This document shows positions 43,309 to 49,982 of a stretch of DNA of 49,982 nucleotides, in pieces. The stretch is from a virus, in IMG/VR virus record IMGVR_UViG_3300012921_000001, positions 1-49,982 of that record; one strand, 5' to 3'. Each line of letters opens with the position of its first letter. The stretch's first letter is position 1. The position numbers and the translations under genes are program-made. Under the pieces are notes generated by a model that made no database searches, had not been told where the DNA came from, and saw nothing but the letters and a program-made list of their open reading frames with translations.

Positions 43309-43950
43309 ATGACTGATGTATATCGGTTCAATATTGGCATAGCGAAACGCACACTGACGTGTTGGCTGTGCCCAATGAAGTGTTCTTCTGGCAGTGAAGT
43401 GGCCTGGGATGAAGAGTCGAAGAAAAAGCATGACTCCATTCGCATTGCTTGCCTTCCATGTGCCAAGAAACAAGTAGCCGCTGGTAAAGGTGAGTTCAGG
43501 CCAAAAACAGAAACGCCCGCACGGAGTGCAGGCGCTTCAGGATTGGTCGCATCCACTGGAGGCAACAATGAAATTATATCTCTACTTACTGAGATCAGAG
43601 ATCTTCACAAGTCAAACAATGCGATGTTGAAAAAGTTGATGCTCGAGCGTGGACTAGAAATCGAAGAGCAAAGTGATTTTAGTCCACCTGAACAATTTCC
43701 CGATCTAGCGGTCTTTGGAGATACGAAACCGACACATGAGTACTCCACGTACTTAGATTGGGTAAATGAGAACCATGAAGAACTGGCAAGGTTTCTTGGT
43801 GAGCACTGCAAGTCATTCAGCTATGAAGACAGCACTGCAAACATCGGCATCACTTCTCAATTCGTTTCATATGCAGAGAAGAACAGAAAGCTGCTCAGCT
43901 CCTACTTTCCTGCAAAGACACAAGTGAACTTCGTACCTGTTAACCGTTGA
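43309..43950 (+). CDS. zinc-ribbon protein of unknown function, the only plus-strand gene in the right arm
   Basis: ATG 43309 lies 5 nt after GGAG (the track start 43261 is TTG). The N-terminus is CWLCPMKC…CLPCAKK. Its 3' end overlaps the convergent gene by 11 nt. Confidence 0.6.
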   Translation: MTDVYRFNIGIAKRTLTCWLCPMKCSSGSEVAWDEESKKKHDSIRIACLPCAKKQVAAGKGEFRPKTETPARSAGASGLVASTGGNNEIISLLTEIRDLHKSNNAMLKKLMLERGLEIEEQSDFSPPEQFPDLAVFGDTKPTHEYSTYLDWVNENHEELARFLGEHCKSFSYEDSTANIGITSQFVSYAEKNRKLLSSYFPAKTQVNFVPVNR

Positions 43951-44113
43951 GAAACGAGCAAAACAAGGCAAAGCCGGCTCCACCGCATATGGTGGCAACT
44001 GTCAGGCCAAAAATGCTGCCCAGAATAAAGCCTTTCATAAGTGCACTCTGGGCTGCTTTGCGGTCGAAGTAGAGCTTATCCTCTGCTGCAATCAGGTCGG
44101 CTATCTCAGTCAT
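43940..44113 (-). CDS. small protein with a C-terminal TM helix (57 aa)
   Basis: ATG 44113 (MTEIADLI…) has an ATGACTGA overlap with the upstream stop and GAGGAAAG Shine-Dalgarno. TM helix GFILGSIFGLTVATICGGAGFALF. Confidence 0.5.
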   Translation of the reverse strand: MTEIADLIAAEDKLYFDRKAAQSALMKGFILGSIFGLTVATICGGAGFALFCSFLNG

Positions 44114-44441
44114 CACTTCTTTCCTCATCAAGATCGGGCAGTGGAACAGTTTTGCCTGCCAGTTCGTGAGTGCAATCGCCACAGAACTGGATCATGCCAT
44201 CAGTTACAAACAGGTGACAGATCTCTGGCCCACCGTCCTCAGCTCTAAATGGAGTTGTATGCAGCAGACTTGCCTGGAAGGTTGGCTTTTCCATGTTGCC
44301 GTTAAACGTCCAGCGTGGACCAGGATAAGAGCATTTGATTGTGTAGACATGCCCGTGTTTACAGGCTGGGCAGAAGAATAGATAGCCTTCATGGTCATGG
44401 CAGTCACCGTGCTGATGTGACTGAGGCAATAGGGTTCTCAT
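44106..44441 (-). CDS. His/Cys-rich zinc-binding protein (DUF6527-like by recall)
   Basis: FFCPACKHGH…RWTFNGNMEKPTFQASL…CHLFVTDGMIQFCGDCTHELAGKTVPL is a pattern I associate with this phage-borne family. Confidence 0.6.
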   Translation of the reverse strand: MRTLLPQSHQHGDCHDHEGYLFFCPACKHGHVYTIKCSYPGPRWTFNGNMEKPTFQASLLHTTPFRAEDGGPEICHLFVTDGMIQFCGDCTHELAGKTVPLPDLDEERSDD

Positions 44442-44662
44442 TCTTGATCCTCCAGCCTTCCATACCTAGCGAATTCACGCTGCCACTCGGGGACAGTCTC
44501 ACCTCTTAAGTCTGCAAGCTTGCACTGATACCAGGCACACATCCTAGTTTTTCTCCAGGCTTCTCTCTCCCAGCGCTTCATGTGTCGATAAAACGCCTGA
44601 GCCAAGCCAATGAGAAAGCTGTTGATTAAGCAAACAAAGAAGAAAGCCCATTCAAGTGTCAT
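44438..44662 (-). CDS. small N-terminal-TM protein (74 aa)
   Basis: ATG 44662 (MTLEWAFFFVCLINSFLIGLAQAF…) has an ATGA overlap with the upstream microprotein. Confidence 0.5.
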   Translation of the reverse strand: MTLEWAFFFVCLINSFLIGLAQAFYRHMKRWEREAWRKTRMCAWYQCKLADLRGETVPEWQREFARYGRLEDQE

Positions 44663-44790
44663 CGCTTGTTTTGCTCCTCTACAGCCATCTCCTGCCACTT
44701 CTTAGCCTCGTCGTGCATTTCCTGGTTGTATTTCCAGAGAATGCAGACAAGGATGAAGAGTGACAGCTCTAAAAGGTGATGACCGGTCAT
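44659..44790 (-). CDS. single-TM microprotein (43 aa), below the ORF-track cutoff
   Basis: My own translation: MTGHHLLELSLFILVCILWKYNQEMHDEAKKWQEMAVEEQNKR. ATGA overlaps at both ends. Confidence 0.4.
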   Translation of the reverse strand: MTGHHLLELSLFILVCILWKYNQEMHDEAKKWQEMAVEEQNKR

Positions 44791-44975
44791 GAGTATTGGA
44801 TTTCTCCCTTTGTGGTTAAGACAGAAGCTCTATCAAGGACGGTAACCCTCCACCGCCCTGGCTCCACTTCATTCAGCGCAGTCAGAGCAGCTTCTAGTTT
44901 GTCCATAGCTTCGGCTTCTGCCTTCAGATACTCGGGTGTGTGCCTGGCGGCATATTGGTCAACAAATTTGCTCAT
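44787..44975 (-). CDS. hypothetical small protein
   Basis: 62-aa ORF with an ATGA overlap. Confidence 0.5.
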   Translation of the reverse strand: MSKFVDQYAARHTPEYLKAEAEAMDKLEAALTALNEVEPGRWRVTVLDRASVLTTKGEIQYS

Positions 44976-45253
44976 TTGGTGGCATCCTTCACAGCTTCCT
45001 TCTGTTCTGTCGGCTTGACTGTGTTGAGCTTGAGCTTCTGAATGACCTTCAGCCCTTGCTCTCTGCCCTTGTAATAGGCTCTCCAGCCAAGCACGCCTAG
45101 GACAGGACCGGCAACGAGACCGACACCGACATAGACCGGGAATGTGGCGATCTTTTCCACCTTGAGCTTAAATGCAGCCTTGTCGAAGGCGTGAGCCTCC
45201 TGGGCGTTCAAGAATGCCAACAGTATTGCCACAGCGGTTAGACGCTTGATCAT
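44972..45253 (-). CDS. signal-peptide plus TM small protein (93 aa)
   Basis: ATG 45253 follows GAAGGTG. Signal peptide MIKRLTAVAILLAFLNAQEAHA-FD, then TM helix FPVYVGVGLVAGPVLGVLGW. It is the first gene after the 45362..45390 terminator. Confidence 0.55.
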   Translation of the reverse strand: MIKRLTAVAILLAFLNAQEAHAFDKAAFKLKVEKIATFPVYVGVGLVAGPVLGVLGWRAYYKGREQGLKVIQKLKLNTVKPTEQKEAVKDATK

Positions 45254-45361
45254 TTTGCACCTTCTTTCGGGCACCGGATACGCCACCAATAATAAGAGAG
45301 CAGAGAAGGTGGATATGATCTGCAGTCGGTTTAATGCCACCAGATAGAGTGCCTGTAAGGG

Positions 45362-45390
45362 CAAAAAAAAACCGCCCCGTTAGAGGCGGT
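45362..45390 (-). terminator. rho-independent terminator
   Basis: On the minus strand: ACCGCC-8 nt loop-GGCGGT followed by 8 T. It lies 12 nt after the stop of 45403..45666. Confidence 0.8.
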
Positions 45391-45402
45391 TTCTTCGGTT
45401 TC

Positions 45403-45666
45403 TCAAGGTGATTGCCTGAAATGCAATCGAGCGGAAATCAGACCATGTATCTGTTGTGCAATTGGTTCAAGCAGGGTGAAGTAGCACTTTTCATGAGTTT
45501 TATCATCGTATTGCACCACGTGTGGAAAGTTGGCTGATATGGCATTGAACAGCTCTGTAAACTGCTCTTGAGTTACCAAAACTTCCGTTAGTAGCTCACC
45601 CCGCTTAGGCTCTGCACTCAGAAGCCGCACATCAGGACACCCTGACACTTTCAATAAGCGATTCAC
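45403..45666 (-). CDS. hypothetical protein
   Basis: 87 aa, with a GTGA overlap to the upstream gene. Confidence 0.5.
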   Translation of the reverse strand: MNRLLKVSGCPDVRLLSAEPKRGELLTEVLVTQEQFTELFNAISANFPHVVQYDDKTHEKCYFTLLEPIAQQIHGLISARLHFRQSP

Positions 45667-46055
45667 GGTTTCTTCACCTCCACAGCTTCACCGTTAACGA
45701 CTTTCAAACCATGACCGACAAACATAGAATGCCTGACCTTTGCAGTGTTGAAAATACACTCCATCCGGTGGCAGTCGATGCCTTCATACACTGCGAACTG
45801 CTGTCCAGGGTCATTAATACCCCAGCGGTATGTCTCATCATCTGCTTCCAGAATCGGATCAAATTTGCTTTCGTTGACGTTCGCTGGAGACGGCAGCAGA
45901 TCGCGAAAGATGAAATCATCTCGATAGCCACCACGCCCAACGAAGACATACAGACCAGTTGCAGCAGCAGGCACCCATTTGCTGAAGATGGTGCCTTCAG
46001 TCATGTTCATTAGTTCTTCTCGTGTCACTAACTTCACGGTTTCGCTTGCCTCCAA
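45663..46055 (-). CDS. hypothetical protein
   Basis: 130-aa track ORF. The start is uncertain (TTG 46055, GTG 46037, or an internal ATG). Confidence 0.5.
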   Translation of the reverse strand: MEASETVKLVTREELMNMTEGTIFSKWVPAAATGLYVFVGRGGYRDDFIFRDLLPSPANVNESKFDPILEADDETYRWGINDPGQQFAVYEGIDCHRMECIFNTAKVRHSMFVGHGLKVVNGEAVEVKKP

Positions 46056-46555
46056 AACTCAGGATCGTAAGGGTCACCAGCACCTATGACTTCGACAAAC
46101 TTACAAGCAGGATTCTCTGTCGGCTCAGAGCCCATCCAATCTGCCCATTGTTTCACGGCTTTCCGATCAATCTCTGGGCACGTGCTCATAACGATGCTGT
46201 ACTTGCTTTTGGTGCCCATCGGCACAGGCTCTTCATGGAAGCCCAGACCAATGCTGTGAGCAAGATTCAGCAGACTGTTTACGAAGTTGAGATAAAAGCT
46301 GTGCTTCTTCTCTTCAGATAGTGCTTCTTCATACTCAAGCGGAAAAGTCTGCCGCCACTGTCGCTGAAGCTCCAGCAAAAGAGCTGTGTGATTGTGACGC
46401 CTGGGCGGATAGTGCACCCAGAAGATTTTGCCCGCTTTGCGAGCTGCAATCATCTCTTTGATCATTTGCTCCTGCCATGGAAACAGCTTGAACAGCACCG
46501 GATCGTCATCCTTCAGCGTGAGGTAGTTCTCTATAAATTTCTGGTCGATGTTCAC
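46034..46555 (-). CDS. hypothetical protein
   Basis: GTG 46555 lies 7 nt after AAGGGGG and overlaps the upstream TGA. The track start is 46585. Confidence 0.55.
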   Translation of the reverse strand: MNIDQKFIENYLTLKDDDPVLFKLFPWQEQMIKEMIAARKAGKIFWVHYPPRRHNHTALLLELQRQWRQTFPLEYEEALSEEKKHSFYLNFVNSLLNLAHSIGLGFHEEPVPMGTKSKYSIVMSTCPEIDRKAVKQWADWMGSEPTENPACKFVEVIGAGDPYDPEFWRQAKP

Positions 46556-46998
46556 GCCCGCACCCCCTTGAGTCGATCTGCACACTTCCTAATCTCAGTG
46601 CAAATGTCTTCGCGTTGTGTTTTGTTGTAGTCATGACAGTCAGGTCGCCACCCCATAACGAAGTGACAGAGCCTTTCTATGTCATCTGCATCATCAATCT
46701 TGTAGAAGCTATTTGCCACACCGTAGATGCCCTGGTGTCTTGATTGCCAGGAATGCAGATCGGTTGCTTCATCACAGGCGCCGCATGAATCATTTGAGAA
46801 TTCTGCATAGATGATTTCTTTATCGACTTCATCAAAGAGAACCAGCAGAAGCTCTGCATAGGCAACGTAGCTTAGATAGACAGACCCCAGATGCACCATG
46901 CCGAACTTCTCAGGCTCACTAGCAAAGTTGCTCGTGTACTTGTTGGCTTCACTCACGTCACGATCTGAAAGCGTTGCAAAATATCTGTGTGCGCTCAC
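46552..46998 (-). CDS. hypothetical protein
   Basis: GTG start 7 nt after GGAGG, with a GTGA overlap. Confidence 0.55.
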   Translation of the reverse strand: MSAHRYFATLSDRDVSEANKYTSNFASEPEKFGMVHLGSVYLSYVAYAELLLVLFDEVDKEIIYAEFSNDSCGACDEATDLHSWQSRHQGIYGVANSFYKIDDADDIERLCHFVMGWRPDCHDYNKTQREDICTEIRKCADRLKGVRA

Positions 46999-47333
46999 CT
47001 TCTCACCTCCAGGAGCTGTGTAATTCTCTCTTCTTCTTCGGCCGGTACTTCCCTGATGTATTCAGACTTCACGGCTAAACTCGGGAACACTTCCGGCTTC
47101 TTGTACGGGCGTTTTGGTTCCGCCTTCTTGCAGCTGCTGAAGTGATTGGCATACTTGCCCCTGGGATCACCGTCACCAAGTTCAACTTCAGAAGCGGTCA
47201 CGGCGTACCAGGTCTTTCGAGCAAGCCGGAACCAGATGATCGGCACGCCACAAGACTTGCAGTTAACTGGCTTTCTTCTAGCGTTTCTCTCCATCCCTCC
47301 TGGTGAAAGTTCACTCAATTCCCTCCCTCCCAC
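46995..47333 (-). CDS. zinc-ribbon hypothetical protein
   Basis: CKSCGVPIIWF…HFSSCKK. The start is uncertain (47333 GTG, 47318 TTG, or 47294 ATG) within a GGGAGGGAGGG run. Confidence 0.5.
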   Translation of the reverse strand: MGGRELSELSPGGMERNARRKPVNCKSCGVPIIWFRLARKTWYAVTASEVELGDGDPRGKYANHFSSCKKAEPKRPYKKPEVFPSLAVKSEYIREVPAEEEERITQLLEVRR

Positions 47334-47605
47334 TTGATTGCACTGGTGAGATAGAGACTAATCTCGTTCTTCTCTATGCGCCCCGTCATCGCTTCAAAGG
47401 TTGCGATGCGAACGTTTGTTTTGTTGGTTAGGATACCGATCTTGGTAGCTTTACCCTTATTCGCATCTTTGACAAGTCTTTGCAAAAATGGCACAGCATC
47501 CTGCTGCGGAAAGCGAACGATAAGATCCTCCAACCCTTTCGACTTTCTGACAGTGCAGTCTATAAATGCACTACTCCGATCAACTCTCAATCTGCATTTG
47601 ATCAC
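47315..47605 (-). CDS. hypothetical protein
   Basis: 96-aa ORF with an ATGA overlap. Confidence 0.5.
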   Translation of the reverse strand: MIKCRLRVDRSSAFIDCTVRKSKGLEDLIVRFPQQDAVPFLQRLVKDANKGKATKIGILTNKTNVRIATFEAMTGRIEKNEISLYLTSAIKWEGGN

Positions 47606-47853
47606 GATGCCACCGCCTTCGCTGGGCGGATTTTCGCCATCAACTTAGAAACGTCAGAATCATTTACACCATAGGTTTTTATCGCATAACTGTGATGCTT
47701 TCCACGCGCTTGTGCGCAAAGCTTGCCACCACCAGGAAGTAACCACAGCTCATGTAATGAGTTCTTATGCAGTGCTGTTGCGTCTCTGAGAGCCTTCTCT
47801 AAATTGCGATTGCCAATCAATCTTTCGGCTTCTTTTCGTGTGATTGGGATCAT
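47602..47853 (-). CDS. hypothetical protein
   Basis: 83-aa ORF with an ATGA overlap. Confidence 0.5.
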   Translation of the reverse strand: MIPITRKEAERLIGNRNLEKALRDATALHKNSLHELWLLPGGGKLCAQARGKHHSYAIKTYGVNDSDVSKLMAKIRPAKAVAS

Positions 47854-48284
47854 GACGCTTGCCCTCTCCGCTCATCGTCACCAGCGCACCACTCGCAGTG
47901 CTCACCATCTGCCTGATCTCCCCACCACAAAGGCACTGATCTCGTTTCAATTGGAGTCACGCTGACAGTACCAGGATCGTTCTCCCAAGCAACTTTATGT
48001 CGTTTGCAAAGTTCAATCTCTTGCGTGTTGCCGCTTTTTTCCACAGTGCGATAGAGAGAAGTCTTTGTGCTTGTCTCACTGTAGACACCCTGAATTACAA
48101 GATTGCCGCGGACGATGTTGAAGCCGATCACTTCGTACAAAGGCAATTCACTTTTAACGTCTGTTGATCTCAACTCTTTTTCAATAGCGCATTCAATCGG
48201 CAATATCTCATCATCTGGATACCGCACGCCAATTGCGCCCATAGCGTCAAGATGCTCCAGGCAGCTAAGTAGCTTTTCCTTCAT
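47850..48284 (-). CDS. hypothetical protein
   Basis: 144-aa ORF with AGGGGGA Shine-Dalgarno 5 nt upstream. Confidence 0.55.
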   Translation of the reverse strand: MKEKLLSCLEHLDAMGAIGVRYPDDEILPIECAIEKELRSTDVKSELPLYEVIGFNIVRGNLVIQGVYSETSTKTSLYRTVEKSGNTQEIELCKRHKVAWENDPGTVSVTPIETRSVPLWWGDQADGEHCEWCAGDDERRGQAS

Positions 48285-48332
48285 GGCTTTCCCCCTTTAT
48301 GTGTTATGTTTCTACAGCGGGCTTTCCCCCGC

Positions 48333-48368
48333 CCTGCCAGTGTCATCAGCGCTGGCAGGTTTTTTTTT
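48333..48368 (+). terminator. terminator-shaped hairpin whose U-tract is on the plus strand, antisense to both flanking genes
   Basis: CCTGCCAG-11 nt-CTGGCAGG followed by 9 T on the plus strand. A second hairpin, GCGGG…CCCGC, lies at 48317..48332. Confidence 0.55.
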
Positions 48369-48786
48369 ACTTCAGAGAATCCTTTGCTTTCTTCTCTATC
48401 TGTCTCTTGGTTGCCTTGATGCCTTTCACGTCCAGACCGGCGCTCACCTGGTTTGCCACATCATCAGTCACAGCGCCTTTCAGTTTTTCTGAGGCATCCG
48501 TAAGACCTAAGGCAGCTTTCACATTGCGACCGACTTGCTGAGCAAATGCATCTGGTTCGGGTGCGAGCACTTTCTCAATCAAGTTGATCCTGTGCTCGTG
48601 GTTATTAAGCCGCTCAAGAAGAAGCTGGCTAAGCTTGTTGGTTTTCACCTCTTCTTCCTGCTTTATGTCAGCTTCGATGAGTCCGACAATGTAAGCGGTC
48701 TTATTTCGCTGCTGGTTCAAGTGCTCATGCACTGCATCCGGCACTTCAATAGTCACGGTCTTAAATGGTCTGTTTTTTGGTGCCAT
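48367..48786 (-). CDS. possible ribbon-helix-helix regulator/excisionase-like protein
   Basis: ATG 48786 lies 3 nt after GGAGGG. KTVTIEVPDAVHEHLNQQRNKTAYIVGLIEADI reads as strand-helix-helix. The gene lies next to int. Confidence 0.45.
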   Translation of the reverse strand: MAPKNRPFKTVTIEVPDAVHEHLNQQRNKTAYIVGLIEADIKQEEEVKTNKLSQLLLERLNNHEHRINLIEKVLAPEPDAFAQQVGRNVKAALGLTDASEKLKGAVTDDVANQVSAGLDVKGIKATKRQIEKKAKDSLK

Positions 48787-48820
48787 GTACCCTCCACAAA
48801 ATTCCAAGTACTTTCCATGT

Positions 48821-48848
48821 ATTCTACCAGGATTTTTGAAAGTGCAAA
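48821..48848 (-). promoter_or_regulatory. sigma70-like promoter candidate for 48367..48786
   Basis: On the minus strand: TTTGCA/TTGCAC, 15-16 nt spacer, TAGAAT. The -10 element is about 35 nt upstream of the ATG. Confidence 0.3.
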
Positions 48849-48871
48849 CAAGAAAGGCGCCTTTCGGCGCC
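48845..48871 (-). terminator. rho-independent terminator after the integrase gene
   Basis: On the minus strand: GGCGCC-GAAA-GGCGCC followed by TTTCTTGTTTG. It begins 9 nt after the int stop. Confidence 0.7.
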
Positions 48872-48879
48872 AGACCTGT

Positions 48880-49782
48880 TTACCCTGTGGAGTAAAGTTT
48901 GTGCCCCTGTCCTGGAGCTGGGCTAATTATACGATGGGGGTACTCACTTTTACTCCCCAGTAAAATCTCTTCAACCCCTTCCATGGCGCCCCGCACCGGT
49001 TCTAGGTCTAGCCGCGCATAGACTGCCGTTGAGCGCTGATCGCGGTGCCCAAGCGCCTTGCCGATGACATAAGGTGAAGCACCTTTTATCGCAAGGTAGC
49101 TGCCGACCGTGCGGCGAAGGTCGTGAATGCGTAAGTTCTCGATACCTGCACGGCTCAAGACTCGTGCCCATGCACGCTTAGGCTCTCTCAGGTGTCCACC
49201 GTACCTGCCGGGAAAGACGTACTGGCTGGTGCTCAGAGCCTTTCTCGCGAAAAGAATCTGAGCAGCAGACTTGCAGAGTGGCAGTGTGTGGAGGTCGTCA
49301 TTCTTCGCATCGAAACGCCATATCAGCAGGTCCAGGTCTATTTCCTTCCATTGCATCGCCAGGACGTTGCCGCGCCGGGCCCCTGTTAAAAGGCATATAA
49401 GGAAAAAGTCTCTCAAGGTCGGTTCTTCTTTCATCAGAGAATCAAAGAAAGCCGCCAGCTCACCAGGCATCAGAAACCGTTCACGGGGCTTGATACTGAA
49501 CCGCTCCACACCAATACAGGGGTTGCTGTCGATATAGCCGCGCTTGATGCCCCAGCCGAAGATTGCCGCCAGCTGGTTGACCGCCCTGGTGGCTGAAGAC
49601 TTGCTGGCTGCGGCCAGGTCGTCTACCCAGTCCTGAACTTCCCGCTTTGTGATGTTGGCAATGTCCTTGCCGGTCCACTGATGGCTGTGGGCCGACCAAA
49701 AGTAGTGGACATTTTCAGGGCAGCGTGTTCTGACCATGGCGTGCTTCGTGTAATAGAGCTGATAGAGCTGATCTACTTGCAT
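48880..49782 (-). CDS. int: tyrosine recombinase / phage integrase
   Basis: LTGARRG (Arg I), RIHDLRRT (His-x-x-Arg), LGHRD (His), TAVYARL (Tyr nucleophile). Adjacent to attR. Confidence 0.92.
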   Translation of the reverse strand: MQVDQLYQLYYTKHAMVRTRCPENVHYFWSAHSHQWTGKDIANITKREVQDWVDDLAAASKSSATRAVNQLAAIFGWGIKRGYIDSNPCIGVERFSIKPRERFLMPGELAAFFDSLMKEEPTLRDFFLICLLTGARRGNVLAMQWKEIDLDLLIWRFDAKNDDLHTLPLCKSAAQILFARKALSTSQYVFPGRYGGHLREPKRAWARVLSRAGIENLRIHDLRRTVGSYLAIKGASPYVIGKALGHRDQRSTAVYARLDLEPVRGAMEGVEEILLGSKSEYPHRIISPAPGQGHKLYSTG

Positions 49783-49888
49783 GTGTAAGCCTCCGTAGAA
49801 TCCGGTGTGTACCGCGTTAGCGGCAATTGTTGCCTTGCAAACACTCCGGCGTCACTGTGGAATTCACCAGCACCAGCTGGTAATCAAA

Positions 49889-49924
49889 CGAAAGTGTGAC
49901 CCCAGATCACGCGAAAGCGTGACC
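49889..49924 (+). repeat. two direct 13-bp repeats CGAAAG(T/C)GTGACC spaced 23 bp apart, next to the att core (arm-type site candidates)
   Basis: Copies at 49889..49901 and 49912..49924. GGTCAC, the reverse complement of GTGACC, also occurs inside the 47-bp core. The palindrome TCACGC-GAAA-GCGTGA lies at 49907..49922. Confidence 0.45.
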
Positions 49925-49935
49925 AGGCGGGGCTT

Positions 49936-49982
49936 TTCAATGGCATTGAAGAGGTCACCGGTTCGACCCCGGTACGCTCCAA
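49936..49982 (+). repeat. attR: second perfect copy of the 47-bp tRNA-Ala 3' segment
   Basis: Identical to 1..47. The sequence upstream (…gcgtgaccaggcggggctt) cannot form a tRNA 5' half, so this copy is an att duplicate rather than a gene. Confidence 0.85.

Larger units (their letters stand above)
1..49982. mobile_element. Integrated temperate siphovirus-like prophage (HK97-type head, lambda-type tail, tyrosine integrase) bounded by att repeats
   Basis: A perfect 47-bp direct repeat sits at both window ends. A complete module set lies between them: integrase, replication/recombination, terminase, portal, protease, capsid, connectors, tail, lysis. Confidence 0.9.

Noticed and set aside
1-49982. 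Possibility that the identical ends are just the overlap of a circularly assembled phage genome
   Set aside because: The repeat is exactly a tRNA 3' segment ending at the discriminator base and lies next to a tyrosine integrase. That is the signature of att sites. It cannot be fully excluded without the flanking sequence.

Overview
The window appears to be one complete integrated temperate tailed phage of about 49.9 kb. It is bounded by a perfect 47-bp direct repeat (1..47 and 49936..49982). That repeat is the 3' part of a tRNA-Ala(GGC) gene, running from the anticodon loop to the discriminator base, so these are attL and attR.

Gene order, left to right:
- A small regulator-like gene pair and about 350 nt of palindrome-rich non-coding DNA.
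- A plus-strand early operon (1033..17394). It carries a recombination/replication set: a single-strand annealing protein, a possible Gam-like protein, a RuvC-like resolvase, a DnaB helicase, an RHH protein, a DnaQ-like exonuclease and a MazG-like protein. It also holds many tiny Cys-rich proteins and ends in an orphan N6-adenine DNA methyltransferase.
- A long minus-strand late operon that converges on the early operon. In transcription order it encodes an HNH-P-loop fusion, TerS, TerL, portal, HK97-type protease and capsid, head-tail connectors, major tail protein, G/GT chaperones with a -1 frameshift site, a 1591-aa tape measure, lambda M/L/K-like proteins, a fused I-J host-specificity protein, a glycine-rich fibre, holin candidates and an endolysin.
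- A control region (42937..43308) densely packed with AGACT/AGTCT pentamers.
- A lone plus-strand zinc-ribbon gene, convergent with a translationally coupled cluster of small membrane and zinc proteins. This cluster is preceded by a strong intrinsic terminator.
- A minus-strand operon of unknown small genes, an RHH-like gene and a tyrosine integrase next to attR.

No rRNA, CRISPR array, transposase or complete tRNA was seen. All functional calls come from reading motifs and gene order by eye; no database search was run. Many small ORFs are called only from coding context (Shine-Dalgarno sites, ATGA/TAATG overlaps).

The best candidates for something undescribed are:
- the terminator-preceded accessory module at 43309..45253 together with its pentamer array;
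- the HNH-P-loop fusion;
- the signal-peptide protein embedded in the tail module;
- the long-range anti-Shine-Dalgarno pairing upstream of the capsid gene.
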